The notes under the pieces: model-generated
What the model saw: the letters and a program-made list of their open reading frames with translations, nothing else
The model's database searches: none
Told to the model about the DNA's origin: nothing
Assembly (NCBI RefSeq): GCF_000150275.1
Contig: NW_002060947.1
Coordinates: forward strand, 6,215,648 to 6,279,647
From: Trichoplax adhaerens
Lineage: Eukaryota > Animalia > Placozoa
DNA: 64,000 bases
Direction of reading: 5' to 3'
Position numbers and translations under genes: made by a program
Shown: positions 37,264-49,772 of the stretch, in pieces
Layout of the letters: each line of letters opens with the position of its first letter
How positions within the stretch are numbered: position 1 is the first letter of the stretch

Positions 37264-38825
37264 TATATGCGGGCAGTGTTTATAATTGGGGGCAATGTAC
37301 CTAGTTTATAGCATATTTAATTCGAGTAAAGTTTTTGATCATTTTATTTGCAATTATTATAAATATTTTTCATGTATTTACATCACACTGACTTTATTTT
37401 ATTTTTTTTTGTCGTGTGAGTTAGCAATCCGAAGGATTTTCCGGATGATTTAATTTTAATCACTATATTTTCATTACATCTGCGTATTTAGTTTGTGCTC
37501 ATATCATATTGTAATTAATTACTTTTTGTTTTTCCTATATATTGTACTGCAAAAATTTACAGTACGCAATTACTGGTCCGCTCCGAAATTCAAAATACAT
37601 CAATTACTGCAATGATCTAATTCAAAATACCGTAAATTATGCCATTAAAATCCGTATGACCGCATGTATTTGAAACGTCTCTACGAATTTAGGTCAATTT
37701 CTTGTAATTAACAGTACAATGCTGATTCGATTTTGCAATGCATTCTTTGCAAAATTTCGCACATGAATATAATTACACGTGTGAAAGTCAAACATTGGAA
37801 ATGATTAAGTTAACATGAGTGAAGACTACGGGAAACTTTGCTGGCACATCTTCGTGTTGACTAAAATAGAATTGTACCACAAATATCTATCTGCAATTTT
37901 ACTTTCAACATGAAATATCTATTAGATGGCATGAATAATACTATTACTTCATCCATAGTAATTGATTTAATGACCTTTAATCAGCGGGACACATGCAAAA
38001 TCGTTTCACGTGCAAGCCTACTAAAACTAACCTGTTATTATTATCTATCTTTTGTGTATCAATAGGCTACCATTCTGAAATACTTTCACATCAGTTTGTA
38101 CTGTAGCAATAGAATCTACATTCATGCAATACGTACATAAACGTGCATGAATGTGTAATGTATATATAGGCATTTGTTTATCCGCTACAAACCTAGTCAT
38201 GATGTAGTAAATGTTTAAATGTTATATTTTAATTCAATTTTTATTACACCTCTAGCCTTTTTAGGAAGTTAAAAAAAAAAAAGCGTAACGCTAAACATAA
38301 ACCGTTGCAAATTATGTTTCTGATTCACTTCCAAGCACTGCCCATGCAAACTAATCATTAACGAGATTTAAGCAGCTTGTTACCTAAATTATTGTAATAT
38401 TGCGAAGTGTAAATAAGAGGTGTGATTCTATCATATTGTTAAATACGAACACATTGACGGAGTAAGAATTCTACGTGATACACCTCAAGGTTATTATTTG
38501 CAGTGCGCTGGATCGTAGCTAATAGATTTTTGCATTTGTTTTTGGAGTATAAAAAAAGTAAGAGGTTATAGACTTACGTAGTGGTCTACCAAAATCTGTA
38601 ACCAATAATAATTCATTATAGATAATTATAATAGCTCATTATCACAAATTACTAAATACTCGTACAGAGTATATTGTAGTAAATATGATGCTACAGCGAT
38701 GGTTGGGCATAAAGCAGTTAGTCGGATAATCTGATATAATACTCCACAAGATTGATACCTGGCTATCGAACTTTTAACATAGCTAGCTATTCATGTTAGT
38801 TCTGATGACGAGAATAAATGAGTTA

Positions 38826-39976
38826 TTAGTTAGCAAAAACTGAATTTCCAATAGCTATAGGACCCAAACGATCTATTGCTGTGTTAATGCCAAATAATGG
38901 GCTGTTTTTCTGTCTGGGATCAGCTGATTTGCGATATGTTCTCATACTTTTTAGCGGTTCTCGAGCTACATCCCGGACGCCAGTGTTCGGGTCGACAGTT
39001 GTTAGCAGGCATCTTTCGCAGTTTTTTACTTTACGAAATGTGGTATCTTTAATATGATAGTATTTGTAATGGTCTTCTACATGCGGCTCTTCAGCTATGA
39101 AAAGGTGGAGAATAACACTGTTAAACCGAGCTACGCATCGTTTATGACTTATTGCTATCGTAAAAGTGAATAGACAATACTGTTGACAACTGCTGAAAAT
39201 AGAGTTAAAGGTAGAGAACAAGATGGATGATACGACATATTGCAATCTTAACGTAACTCATTACTGCACTGTAGCCAGCATCATAAACACTTACTTTCTA
39301 CAATAATATTTGGTCTAAAACTTTGCATGGAGATTTGGCGGGATGATTTTGTATTTAAAACATCCAAAGAGGCAGTAAAAGTCAAATGATATGGAGTCAA
39401 ATCGGCAAATGCACACTGATCATTGCTTTGACCGTCCACACCCCAAATAGAATCATCCTTGACGTAACGGTTAGGTGTGGTATCAGGCTTAAAGAGCAAC
39501 TTGAGATTAGACTTGTTCAAATATTTGGAGAACCAATCTCCGATTTCTTTGCCACAGTCGAAAGCTGTAATATTTGTTCTCCATATTTTGATCTCTTTGC
39601 TGGTAGCTCCTTCAGCCACTTCCAAAGGTACCGCAACAGGAGGCATATCAGGTGCTGTCAATTTTAACTGTCCATCCTCAATTGAAGGTTGTACAAGTGC
39701 TAGCGTCGGTTCACTGCGTAGAGTTAGAAATAAATCGTTCTCATCGATAATAATCCAACGTCTGTCCCACTTAAAACCGTCAATGTTGCAATCGGCCGCG
39801 TCGAGTTTGATACCAGCACAAGACTTGATCGGATAGATGTATAACTGTTTGACGCGTCCAATTAATTTTTGAGAAGATTTGCGAATGGTTCTATATATCA
39901 AGTATGTGGCAATCAAAGCCGCTGCTGTGATTGTTACAGTGGTTATTATTGTTGATGAATCGCGATCGCCAGCCAT
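38826..39976 (-). CDS. MTARC1: Mitochondrial amidoxime-reducing component (mARC, MOSC domain); exons 39976-39295, 39094-38826 (316 aa)
   Basis: N-terminal TM anchor, LYIYPIKSC, DRRW, FRPNI, CERC..TTVDP (Moco cysteine), PLFGIN. Family-level symbol (MTARC1/2). Confidence 0.93.
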
Positions 39977-40118
39977 GGTGTATTAATTTTTAGTTTATCT
40001 TCTGTAGTTCTGGAGCTAAGTTAGAAAGAAAGAAGGAAAAATGATGGCTAGGTGATGCTGAGGGGTGGACAAATTGTCTCCTTTAATTACAGATTAGAGA
40101 TTCGCCGGTCTTGTTCAA

Positions 40119-40241
40119 TACTCGTACAGTACAGTACAGTACGATACTGGTACAGTACGATACTGGTACAGTACTGATACTGGTACAGTACAGTACAATT
40201 CCGTACAAAGAGTACAGTACCTACTGTACTGTACACTGTAG
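40119..40241. promoter_or_regulatory. TACAGTA array about 150-260 bp upstream of the mARC ATG, including a 16-bp unit x3
   Basis: gtacagtacagtacagtacgatactggtacagtacgatactggtacagtactgatactggtacagtacagtac... Confidence 0.65.
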
Positions 40242-41749
40242 CAAAATCTCCTAGTTTTTGATTACTTTCACGACTACTCTCAATTGCTTTCGTTCAAGAT
40301 CAACGGTGGCGAAAGATGATTACATAACCACAAAACGCCATCAGTTAGCATACCTTATGGCTAGTTAATATATAAGATATTGAACCTTTTCTGTATCTCT
40401 TTCTATGACTTTTATACTATACTATACTGCACATTGTACAATCGTGCTATACTGTGTACAGTAATGCTGTAGTAGTCGATGACTAAACGCGTTTGCATGG
40501 GATTTGTTCATATAGTACTGCATCAACAGAGACTGACATGCTCAATTGCTTATCTACCGTAGTCTAACTTCTTCCGTTAAGTAGTCCTTAGATTCATACT
40601 GTAAAGGATTATATACTTATGATAATTATATAAGCACTTGTTGTGCCCCAGATCGAGATCCATATTATTGCAATACAATATTTCACATTACTACGTTGAA
40701 TAGGTATAGATGCTACTAGTAGATGAATGTAATTTAGTGACAGCAAAACAGATTTTCATCTCTTCACAATAATTTGGAAGAGAATAAGCATCGTAACGTA
40801 TTTTGATGACTTAGTACGTACTATACTGTATATTCGCGATTCAGTAAGCGTAAATGGATCAAAACGGGTTAAGAAATTTTAGTTGCATGATAGTACAGTG
40901 CAAGCATATTGGAAGTATTCTTTGTAGTTAAAATAGATAATCCTAGCTTTATTATTACTATTTAAATTTAATTTTTGTCGCGCTAAACATGATATACGAA
41001 CGTCCAGCTAGTGAACAGTTCATACGATGATCACTATGACAATCATCTCAATGATTTTTCAAATTGGCTTAATTCTTGGAGTGTTCATTATGGTACTGCG
41101 ACCAACAATAATACGTGATATTCAAGCTGGTGGTGCTTCAAACCAGCTCTATAAATGACTATTAGCTTAAGGGTACTTCACAATCCTGAATCTGGCATCT
41201 CTATATCTTGAATCAATGCTTGTAAACTTTAGTTAGAACACCAGAGGCGATTTATTTTTTATATTTCTATTCGAAAGCATACGGTAGATTGGCAGCCAAT
41301 TATACCTTAGCAATATAAGTACGCCGTAGACTATGAGAAAAAATCGGTAATCATCTAGTAGTTTATGACAACGCACTTTGATGAATGTATAAATAAAATA
41401 ACATAATCATAGACAAAGCAGCACTAGATTACACTATATACACTACTATGCAAAATGATTCATTCTGCATAGTAGTGTTATTTATTTACTTGTGATTCAA
41501 GCATAACGAAGTACAGTCTTGTACTTTGTAATGCACATAGTACAGTATCATAAGTATTATTTACAGCATAGAAATATATCGCAACAAAGTTGGGAACATT
41601 CGCACTCGCACTATAGTTATACTTTTGTACTTATATTACACAGTCTGGTATAATACAATAAGAAGAAATTTTCCAGTTTTACATAACAAGCTAGGCATCA
41701 TTATGATAATTAATTGATGAATTACTGTATACGTGTATTATGAAGCGGA

Positions 41750-42109
41750 TTACTTTTTTCGATGGCGTTCCGCAGCTTCGTACAATGCATGTTTATCTTT
41801 CAGCACTGTATTTTCAACCTCTTGCTGATGACTCCGAGAAGGTCGCCATTTACCTTTTGTTCTTGGCTTAGTTTCGTTGTTACCTGATCGATAAGCTTGG
41901 GGGTAATTTGGATTGTTATGATTGCGTTGACTGGATAACTCGGAGCGCTGATGATGCCGGTAATGATATCTGTCTTGTCGCGGATTTAACCAAGATTTGA
42001 CGATGGGTTGAAATTGATGGCATCTTTTGTTTTCATTTTCTACATAGCCAGTATCGCTCTGCTTGTCGTATCGATCTTTGAATAACGTCTCGTAATCGGG
42101 ACTTTCCAT
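41750..42109 (-). CDS. RAMAC: RNMT-activating mini-protein (RAM/FAM103A1)-like, single coding exon, 119 aa
   Basis: YETLFKDRY..D.GY.E...PIVKSW resembles the RAM N-terminus (FEEMFASRF..D.EY.EY...PIVEEW), followed by an N/R/H/Q-rich tail; size matches. Confidence 0.65.
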   Translation of the reverse strand: MESPDYETLFKDRYDKQSDTGYVENENKRCHQFQPIVKSWLNPRQDRYHYRHHQRSELSSQRNHNNPNYPQAYRSGNNETKPRTKGKWRPSRSHQQEVENTVLKDKHALYEAAERHRKK

Positions 42110-42277
42110 TGGACTAACTGTAAGCTCGCTTATTGAATGTTTAATTGATATGACTAATGATCGTCGAGTAGTATTTCAATGCAGCTATGATATTTGGCTG
42201 AATTCAAATTCAAATTGCAATTATGACTAGGAAGGAGAAAGCTGCAAGCCATCAACTCACAGACAGTGCCAAACTGT

Positions 42278-42822
42278 CAGTATACAGTACTGTAAAGTAC
42301 GCTACACTACAGTACAGTACTGTACCGTACAGTACATTACTGTGCATTGTGGTTCATACTGTACAGTACAGTACTGTAAGGTGACGTGAGCTACAGTACA
42401 TACTGTACTGTAAGTTCATCACAATACTATCCACTGTATTCTACAGTGGATAGTATCGTGGTAGGTGGGCTACAGTACTGTACACCCAGTATAGTACTAT
42501 CCACTGTGTTGTACAGTGTGCGTACTGTACTGCTAGGTGACATGAGCTACAGTACGTCCAGTACAGTACTATCCACTGTACTGGACAGTACTGTGCAAAA
42601 CCCAGCTGGCTGCTAATTTGGAGCACCATCGCGTACAGTAGAACGTTCGATTACCGATGACCAGTACAGTTGAAATGACCAGTAGAGAAAGTCAGCCTCA
42701 ACATCGCTACTCAACTCTTTCCAGTGGTGTCCGGTAGTCACTGCCAGTACACTGTGTACTGTAAAAGTGTACAGTGTACAGTGTACAGTACAGGACGCCA
42801 AACTGTACACTGAGTACTGTAG
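42278..42822. promoter_or_regulatory. Divergent RAMAC/ubinuclein promoter with TACAGTA/TACTGTA arrays
   Basis: Arrays at 42280-42410, 42470-42595 and 42745-42822; AGGTGAC(G/A)TGAGCTACAGTAC occurs twice. Confidence 0.65.
42444..42578. mobile_element. Candidate Tc1/mariner-type MITE, 135 bp, TA-flanked, 12-bp TIR
   Basis: TA|CAGTGGATAGTA...TACTATCCACTG|TA; further TIR copies at 42425-42436 and 42495-42506. Confidence 0.5.
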
Positions 42823-43000
42823 GCTCAAATGCAAAGGCCGCGCCAACTCAAAAGCCCCTTGTTACGTGATAGTGGTGTATTAGTGAATCAAGGCTGATTG
42901 GAACAGTGGATAAAATTACGTGGCCATTAGTGGATGGAATATTGCAGCCATTTTCATTTATAGAATTGCATCAAGTACTGCTGTTATTTCATTCATCAAG

Positions 43001-46000
43001 ATGAGTAAAAAAAGTACACCTTCACCTTTACTGGAAATGACAAACACAAATGGCAAACGATCGGCTACCAATCATGATCGCAGCAACAAGAAAAGGCGCA
43101 CAGTGCGAATTAACTTAACGTTAGCTTCTGGTCATAGTCAGGAATACAGTGAATTTTCATATCCTACTTTGTTAGGCTATATTGAGGTATTGTATTTCAA
43201 TATTTTATCTATCCTTGGATAGGAAATTAGGATAATCAATGAGTGTGGAATAATAAGATAGTTCAACTAGGGTAGGGTATGCCATAGACCTCTACGACGC
43301 CTATGGTACTGTAATTGCGCCTGTTTTGTACTTATTATTCTTGTCATTTCAAGCCAAAACGACAATACAGTACCAACAGTTTGCCAACATCAGGATAAAA
43401 TAATGATAATAGAGGTGGATAGCACAGTCACTGAAATAAGGTATCCATCTCCTTCCTACTTATGACTCTTGTCTTTTGCTTATCATGTCTGCCCAATTTG
43501 CATAACTTGTCGGATGATGTGCCAAATAGGTAAAATATCAGTGTTCTGCTTTCTTTCTTCATTCATCCAATCACTACAAGGCCACTAGTAAAACACCACT
43601 TCGTTGTCATGGAGAATGATATCATAGGGCTACTGCCGTCACAAATTGCAATCTTACATGTTGTCGTTGTGAAACAACAACGAATCTCGATAATAGCGTC
43701 GATACTACAAAATCAAAAATGACGCCATTTAAAACAGATTTTGGGCAATATTTTCTTTCCATTGTTTATTATTTTAATTCATTCAATAAAGTTAACATGA
43801 ATTCCTGAATATTGCAAAGACTTGCTATATACAGTACAGCTGAGCAGTATCAAATTTACTTTTAGGCTACACTAGGGTTCACCAAAAATACATTATATCG
43901 AATCCAATCTTTGTACATCTGTTTGTAAAAGTAACATCTGTGTATACTCTCATTGAATTTTAGGAAGCTGAAGCTGAAATGGAAGAAGTCAATTCCCCAT
44001 CATCAAATGATGTACCTGCTTTTAAAAATCATTACGAAAAGATAGCAGAGCAAATTGAGAAGAAGCTGGTAGGAACGACTGCATAGTAATAATTGTGGTA
44101 CCGTAATCGCTTGATTTCTACATTACTTGCTGTTCATTATCAATCATAGCAATGATACGCACCGCTAGGCAACACCGGATACCGACCACTTAAGGCAGTA
44201 ATTATAGCTATGCAGCTTACTGTCGTCATCATTTGCCCTCCTAGAACATGTCAGGAACTACAACTTCGCTGTCGTTAATTTTAGCCAGTGATTTCTTTTC
44301 ACATACATATCTCACCAAATGGTTTCACGGTCAACGTATTTATAATTGAGTAGCAGTAGTCACGGACTATTCAATAAAAAAAGTGAATAGTTCATGCAGT
44401 AGTCAACTAACTCTATCATGCTAATTACTGTAAATAGATATAAAGAGGAATAATGTCCAATGCTAATTTAGATTTCGTTATCGTTGTACCCAAAAGTTAC
44501 AGATAGATTTTCAACCTTTTCGGATTTACTTTACTTTATTGTAAACTAGGGTAGCATGATGGAATAAACTATGCAATACCTACGCTATCCTAGATATAAG
44601 TGATGAAAAATACTTCACTCTTTCTCCCCGTTGTCTACTACGTGTCATTCAATGAGCTCTTTTCTACAGCTAATAGTGTATTATCGGTAGTCTATTCCGC
44701 ATTGCAATTATATTTCTCTCTATCCTCTCCTGATAGTCAATATTCTATGCTCTATCATTTTCATTAGTACTCTTATAAATTAATAACCTAGAATAACACT
44801 ACCCGTAGTGGATACATTTACATACACTTAATTTAAGCGTAGCTCGTAAATCTTTAGTGTTAAAAATACTGCCATTCCCATATTAATCCAGTAATTGATA
44901 ACTGCAATCCTACAACATCAATTATTATACTCTTAATCATAATTATGGTACATTCCAATACAACACAAAGTCAATGAGTTTATAACTAAATAAGAGTGTA
45001 ACTGCACTATTAATGCCCTTCACATTTCGTAAAGTTCATGATTAAAGTGAGCCATGATAGTACGTTAGACATCTGCTAAGACACTACCAAAATTGAAAAA
45101 AAAAGGTCTTTTACTGTGTTGATCACAGTTTACGATAAGTAAAAACGCCATTGAAGATGTATACTGTATATCCTTGTAGATTTTATAACGTCGTTCCAAT
45201 GATAAATTATACCCATATTTCATACGCACAAACAATGATGTATATTGAAAATGGTGTTTAAATATCTTGTATCTACACTATCGGATTTCAATTTTGCAGA
45301 CGTCGACACACGACAGGACGAAACATAGGACGAAGGCCAAGGTACCTAATAACATTAGTGACTTTTTCAGTAATCATGGAACTGTACATTACTAAGCAAA
45401 GTAGCTTTTATATCCATATAAATCTACGAATAATGATGAAGCTAGTGTTTTTTATGAACTGCCAATGACATAATAACCTCATGTAATGATGTAAATGTCA
45501 ATTCTAATGCATTAGTAGATTAACTAAATTATGTTCTTATTTACTTTACTGAAACAACATCAAATTTGTAAAGAAAGCTTATGTATTATCATACTGAAGA
45601 ATTCTGTTATAACATTCGCTTAAAAAGTAACTTACTTTCACAGATCTAAAGTCTCTTTTGATCAAACCAGATCAAATAGTCAGCATCTGTAAACTAAAAT
45701 TTGAGTGCAATTTATTCGTATTTTTCATCTAAAATTTTTAGTATTTGTTTATGCTGTAGGATCACGTCGCATATCGAGCGCATGGTTACGATGCCAATGA
45801 CACTTTTATTGACGATAACCAACATGTTAGTTAAAACGATAAGACTGTATATTTTTCTGTTCCTTAACTTTTCGCAGTAAGCAAATTGGTTGTATTCCCT
45901 CCAGTTGATATTTCCAGCCACAATGACTCTATAGTTGCTTGGTAGCTAGTATTGAGCCACATGCGTCTGAGATCATTCTCAGTATAAAAGTAATAGATTC

Positions 46001-49000
46001 ATCGCTGTATGCTCATTAGTAAAAGTGATATGTAGCAATAATAAATTTTGATAGAACTGATGATTAACTATATTTACAGAATATATCGTTTATCTCAATA
46101 CTTGTCATACGGGAATATCTGTACTGTTGTGAATTGAATTATAGACATGTTCTTATTCATTTATGTTATTAACTGAATAATTTCATTTTTAGTGTGACGA
46201 AAATATTCCTAATAACGTAACCTTTAAATATGGTGGATTTTACATCAATTCTAATGAAGTGGAATATCGGCGATTAAATGATAGGTAATTTAACATACTT
46301 TCATGTAACTTTTCTTCTGCATATTATTTAAATTATTTCAACTTTACACTTATAACGAATATTAATTATCTTATGCACTTATTATATTTATATACTGTTT
46401 GGTATTTACTGAGGTCAACACCATATCTAACTCTCTTAGTATAACAACACAAATTAATGAACTACTTTCTCATTATAGTGATGACGAATTCGTTAAAGTA
46501 TCGAAAAAGAAGGTCAGCGTGATTTAGGTGTTACCATTACGTAAAATTTGCCTGGCGTTTGAAATATCTCTGTAATTACAGATTTCAAAGAAACTCCTTA
46601 AGAAAAAGAAAAAGGATAAGACCGCTAAAGAAAAAACAAAGTTTGTACTCTAAACTATACATATGTAATTAAAAATTGCAGTCACACCCTCATCACTGAA
46701 ACTAATCGGAACTTTGTTACCTATCAAGATCGAAACCTAAATCAAAAGATTCGAAGTCTAATGCTGAGAAAGTTAAAAGACCACGTAAAGTTAGCGATAA
46801 ACCTAAGGAAAAATTGAAAAAGAGCCCTACTAAAGTGAAAAAGGAACCCGTTGGTCCGTATGATTGCTTCTAGACATATCTCCGGTATAACATAAAATCT
46901 AATGCTAACATATTGTTAATAGATAAGATTAATCCACAAACAACCTTGCCGAAAGATTTACCGATGGAAATTATAGAGATGGTTAATCAAATAGTTGAGG
47001 TTCGTAATTTATTAGCCTTTTAGAATTTATTAATTTGCCGTACATTTCCATCCTATTATATCGATTGAAGATGAATAACTTGGGCACAAATTACTACAAA
47101 GTTATAATGTTATATGAAATAGTTGAGATTACATAAATGAATTTTACAGTGCATCATTATCGCATTAGATGCGAAGATGTTTGACGCTAATTTAATCTCT
47201 ACATAGATTGGTGGTAGTTTGAAGGACAAAGAGAATTTTGAAGATAGTCGAGCTCAAGAAATTCTCAATAAGTATGCAAAATGCGAAACGATTGTATTCG
47301 GATACTTTTAGCATCATGATCTCGTAAATCAAATCAGTTGCTCATCGTCTTAATAATATTACCTTTACAATCGATAGATTAGCGTCAAAATTTCGTTACT
47401 CAAATGTTTGTAGGAAAATGCGCGAGGTAAATGATATTGGATCGTTAGATGAAGAAAGTTTTCGAGATTACGGCTTTATTATAATCTTTTATTTTCTTAG
47501 AATGTCTGTATTTATTTAAAACATCACCTTCCCGGTTGTAAGATGCCAGTTCGTTCAGTAATAATCAAAATGATGTTGAACGAAGTTGTAAGTTTTTAGT
47601 GTTTAAAGACTGAATTTTGGTGATCAGATGTATATGGGTTATTATTATTATTATTATAGACTGATTATTCCTAATTATGGGTTATTGTAGAAGGATGATC
47701 TAAATGCACGGATGAATGAATTAAAGGAAGGTAATCCTTGATTTTGAGAAATACGTTTGTTGTAGCATTGGATGTGAAACTTGGAGCTAGACTAAGGATT
47801 TCTCGATTAAATTACCATGCCAGTAAACAATAAATGTCTTCCAAGTAACTAAAATTTTTTCTCCCTTATTCCTTTAGAAATCGACAAATGCATGGAATCA
47901 CAGCAAAAAAATTATGATAAGATGGTTTCTCAGTTAGAAAGGCGAGCAAAAATCTGAATTAATTATGGAAATATTATTTATTGACTTTACTTTCATGATA
48001 ACTACATTTTTCGTATAATCACGAAACATTGGAAAGTAGTTGTCAACCGCCTACTAAAGCAGAAGTAAGTTTCGTATAAATTTGTGGAAGGGTATTTGCA
48101 ATATTAGTTGACAAAATATGATATTCATTGTGGATAGCATAGTCACGGTGTGTCTAATTAAATATTATTCGTTTACAGACAGGGGATAATAAGGAAAATT
48201 CAGATGATAGTGATATGAACGACCACACTGAAAAAGAAGTAATGGATTAATGTACTGTGTATTTCCCAAATTGTTGTAATGTGAATTTTTATGTAATGGA
48301 TATATGGACAATACCTAACAATTGCCACGGTCTTTTGATCTTTTGATGCTGAGTAATTTATAATAGCGATTTTTTAATTTATCGTTGGTCAGCTTATTGA
48401 TAGTAATCAACTTGTGTTTGAAGTATTTCAGGATAATTCATCTGTATTTGCGATGCATTTTCTGCTATAACATAACGTTGCAGTAATAGCTATATAGTTA
48501 CAGGACATAAAGTATTAAATTTTTTGATATAGAAGTCTAAGGAAGATCAAGAGAAGCAAGATAAAAAGCGCCTTCCGAGAAAATCTTTCCAATGGAACGA
48601 AACGTTACGGTACTAACCAAATTTTGTCTAGCTGTGCATGAGTGATTTTAATAATCCCAACCACGATATTTATACTTAATGCCACCTTACTTGGAAATAT
48701 ACGTCGTGATGTTTATAGCCAGCTGCTGGAAAAAATTGTAATACTGAAGGAAGAATTCACTAAATTGTCATCCAATCGAGTTAGTCTTTCTGATAATTGG
48801 TTAACGGAGTTAAAGGTAACAGCGGCGATTGTTTTTACAGAGCTGATGCTTTGAAAGTCTTTCACACTCGTATTCTAAAATCCCTTTACCATTTTAGCTC
48901 TTTTTCGACAAAGAAGTAAAAACACTGTGGCCTAAAGGATGGATGAATAAAAGGTAAAATATAATTGCAATAGTTGTAACGATTACATATGTTTTTCCAA

Positions 49001-49772
49001 TAATTATAATAAATATTTTCTGTATTTCGCCGAAGGGATGTACTAAGGGAAGTTAAGCATCTTGTCCACTTGCCGAAATCTGAAAAGTAATCATATTTTT
49101 TGTTGAATTACTATCAACAAGCTATTTTATATTAATCTTCTCATTTCAGTAGTTTCAACATTTCTTTTTAAATTTTCTGTTACAGATCAAAAATTGGTCA
49201 AGGTATTCCTTAACGGTTTTACAAATCACCACTATGTTCACATGAGTGACATCTTATTGTATTGATATAATCCTTGGGAAAAGATAGTGTATAATAATTA
49301 AGATTAACTCAATTTGACCGGCATTAAAGAGTATTAAAATTTGTATTGTATAGGTCCCAAAAAGAAGGAATCTTCAAGTAAAGGCGGGAAATCAAAGGTA
49401 TGGATAAAAATGATGGAAAATAATTTTTGAGATTGTATTAAGCAATGGACGTGATAGCTGGCATGTAATTATTGAAAACTGATAAAGTTGAACACCTGAT
49501 ACTGTCAGCTTTCTTGATTGTGACTTTCTTTTGTTTTCCTTAGCAAATTAGTAAACGATGGGATTCACATTCACAAGCGACCTCAAGCACTCCTATTAAG
49601 GAATCAAGTGAAGGTACTATCTCACAATATATTCTTTCAAGTTACTATTAGTATATCCATACTCCTTTTGCAGAAAATATGTCGGTAATCGGACATCTGT
49701 TGCATTAATATTTTAGGTGAGGCCGCCTCGCCAGCAAAAGTACCAATGTTTGGAAATACTCCGCTGATATAA
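43001..49772 (+). CDS. UBN1: Ubinuclein (HIRA-complex subunit), about 20 short exons, e.g. 43001-43186, 43964-44068, 45300-45341, 45760-45825, 46193-46284 ... 49717-49772
   Basis: TVRINLTL...EFSYPTLL; HRD domain GYDANDTFIDD...KYGGFYIN; middle domain LPRKSFQWNETLR and EVKTLWPKGWM. Family-level symbol (UBN1/2); some internal splice sites uncertain. Confidence 0.88.

Noticed and set aside
39386-39836. Plus-strand ORFs 39386-39667 and 39477-39836; also 14868-15059 (-), 35309-35497 (+), 54734-55066 (+)
   Set aside because: Antisense shadows of real coding exons.
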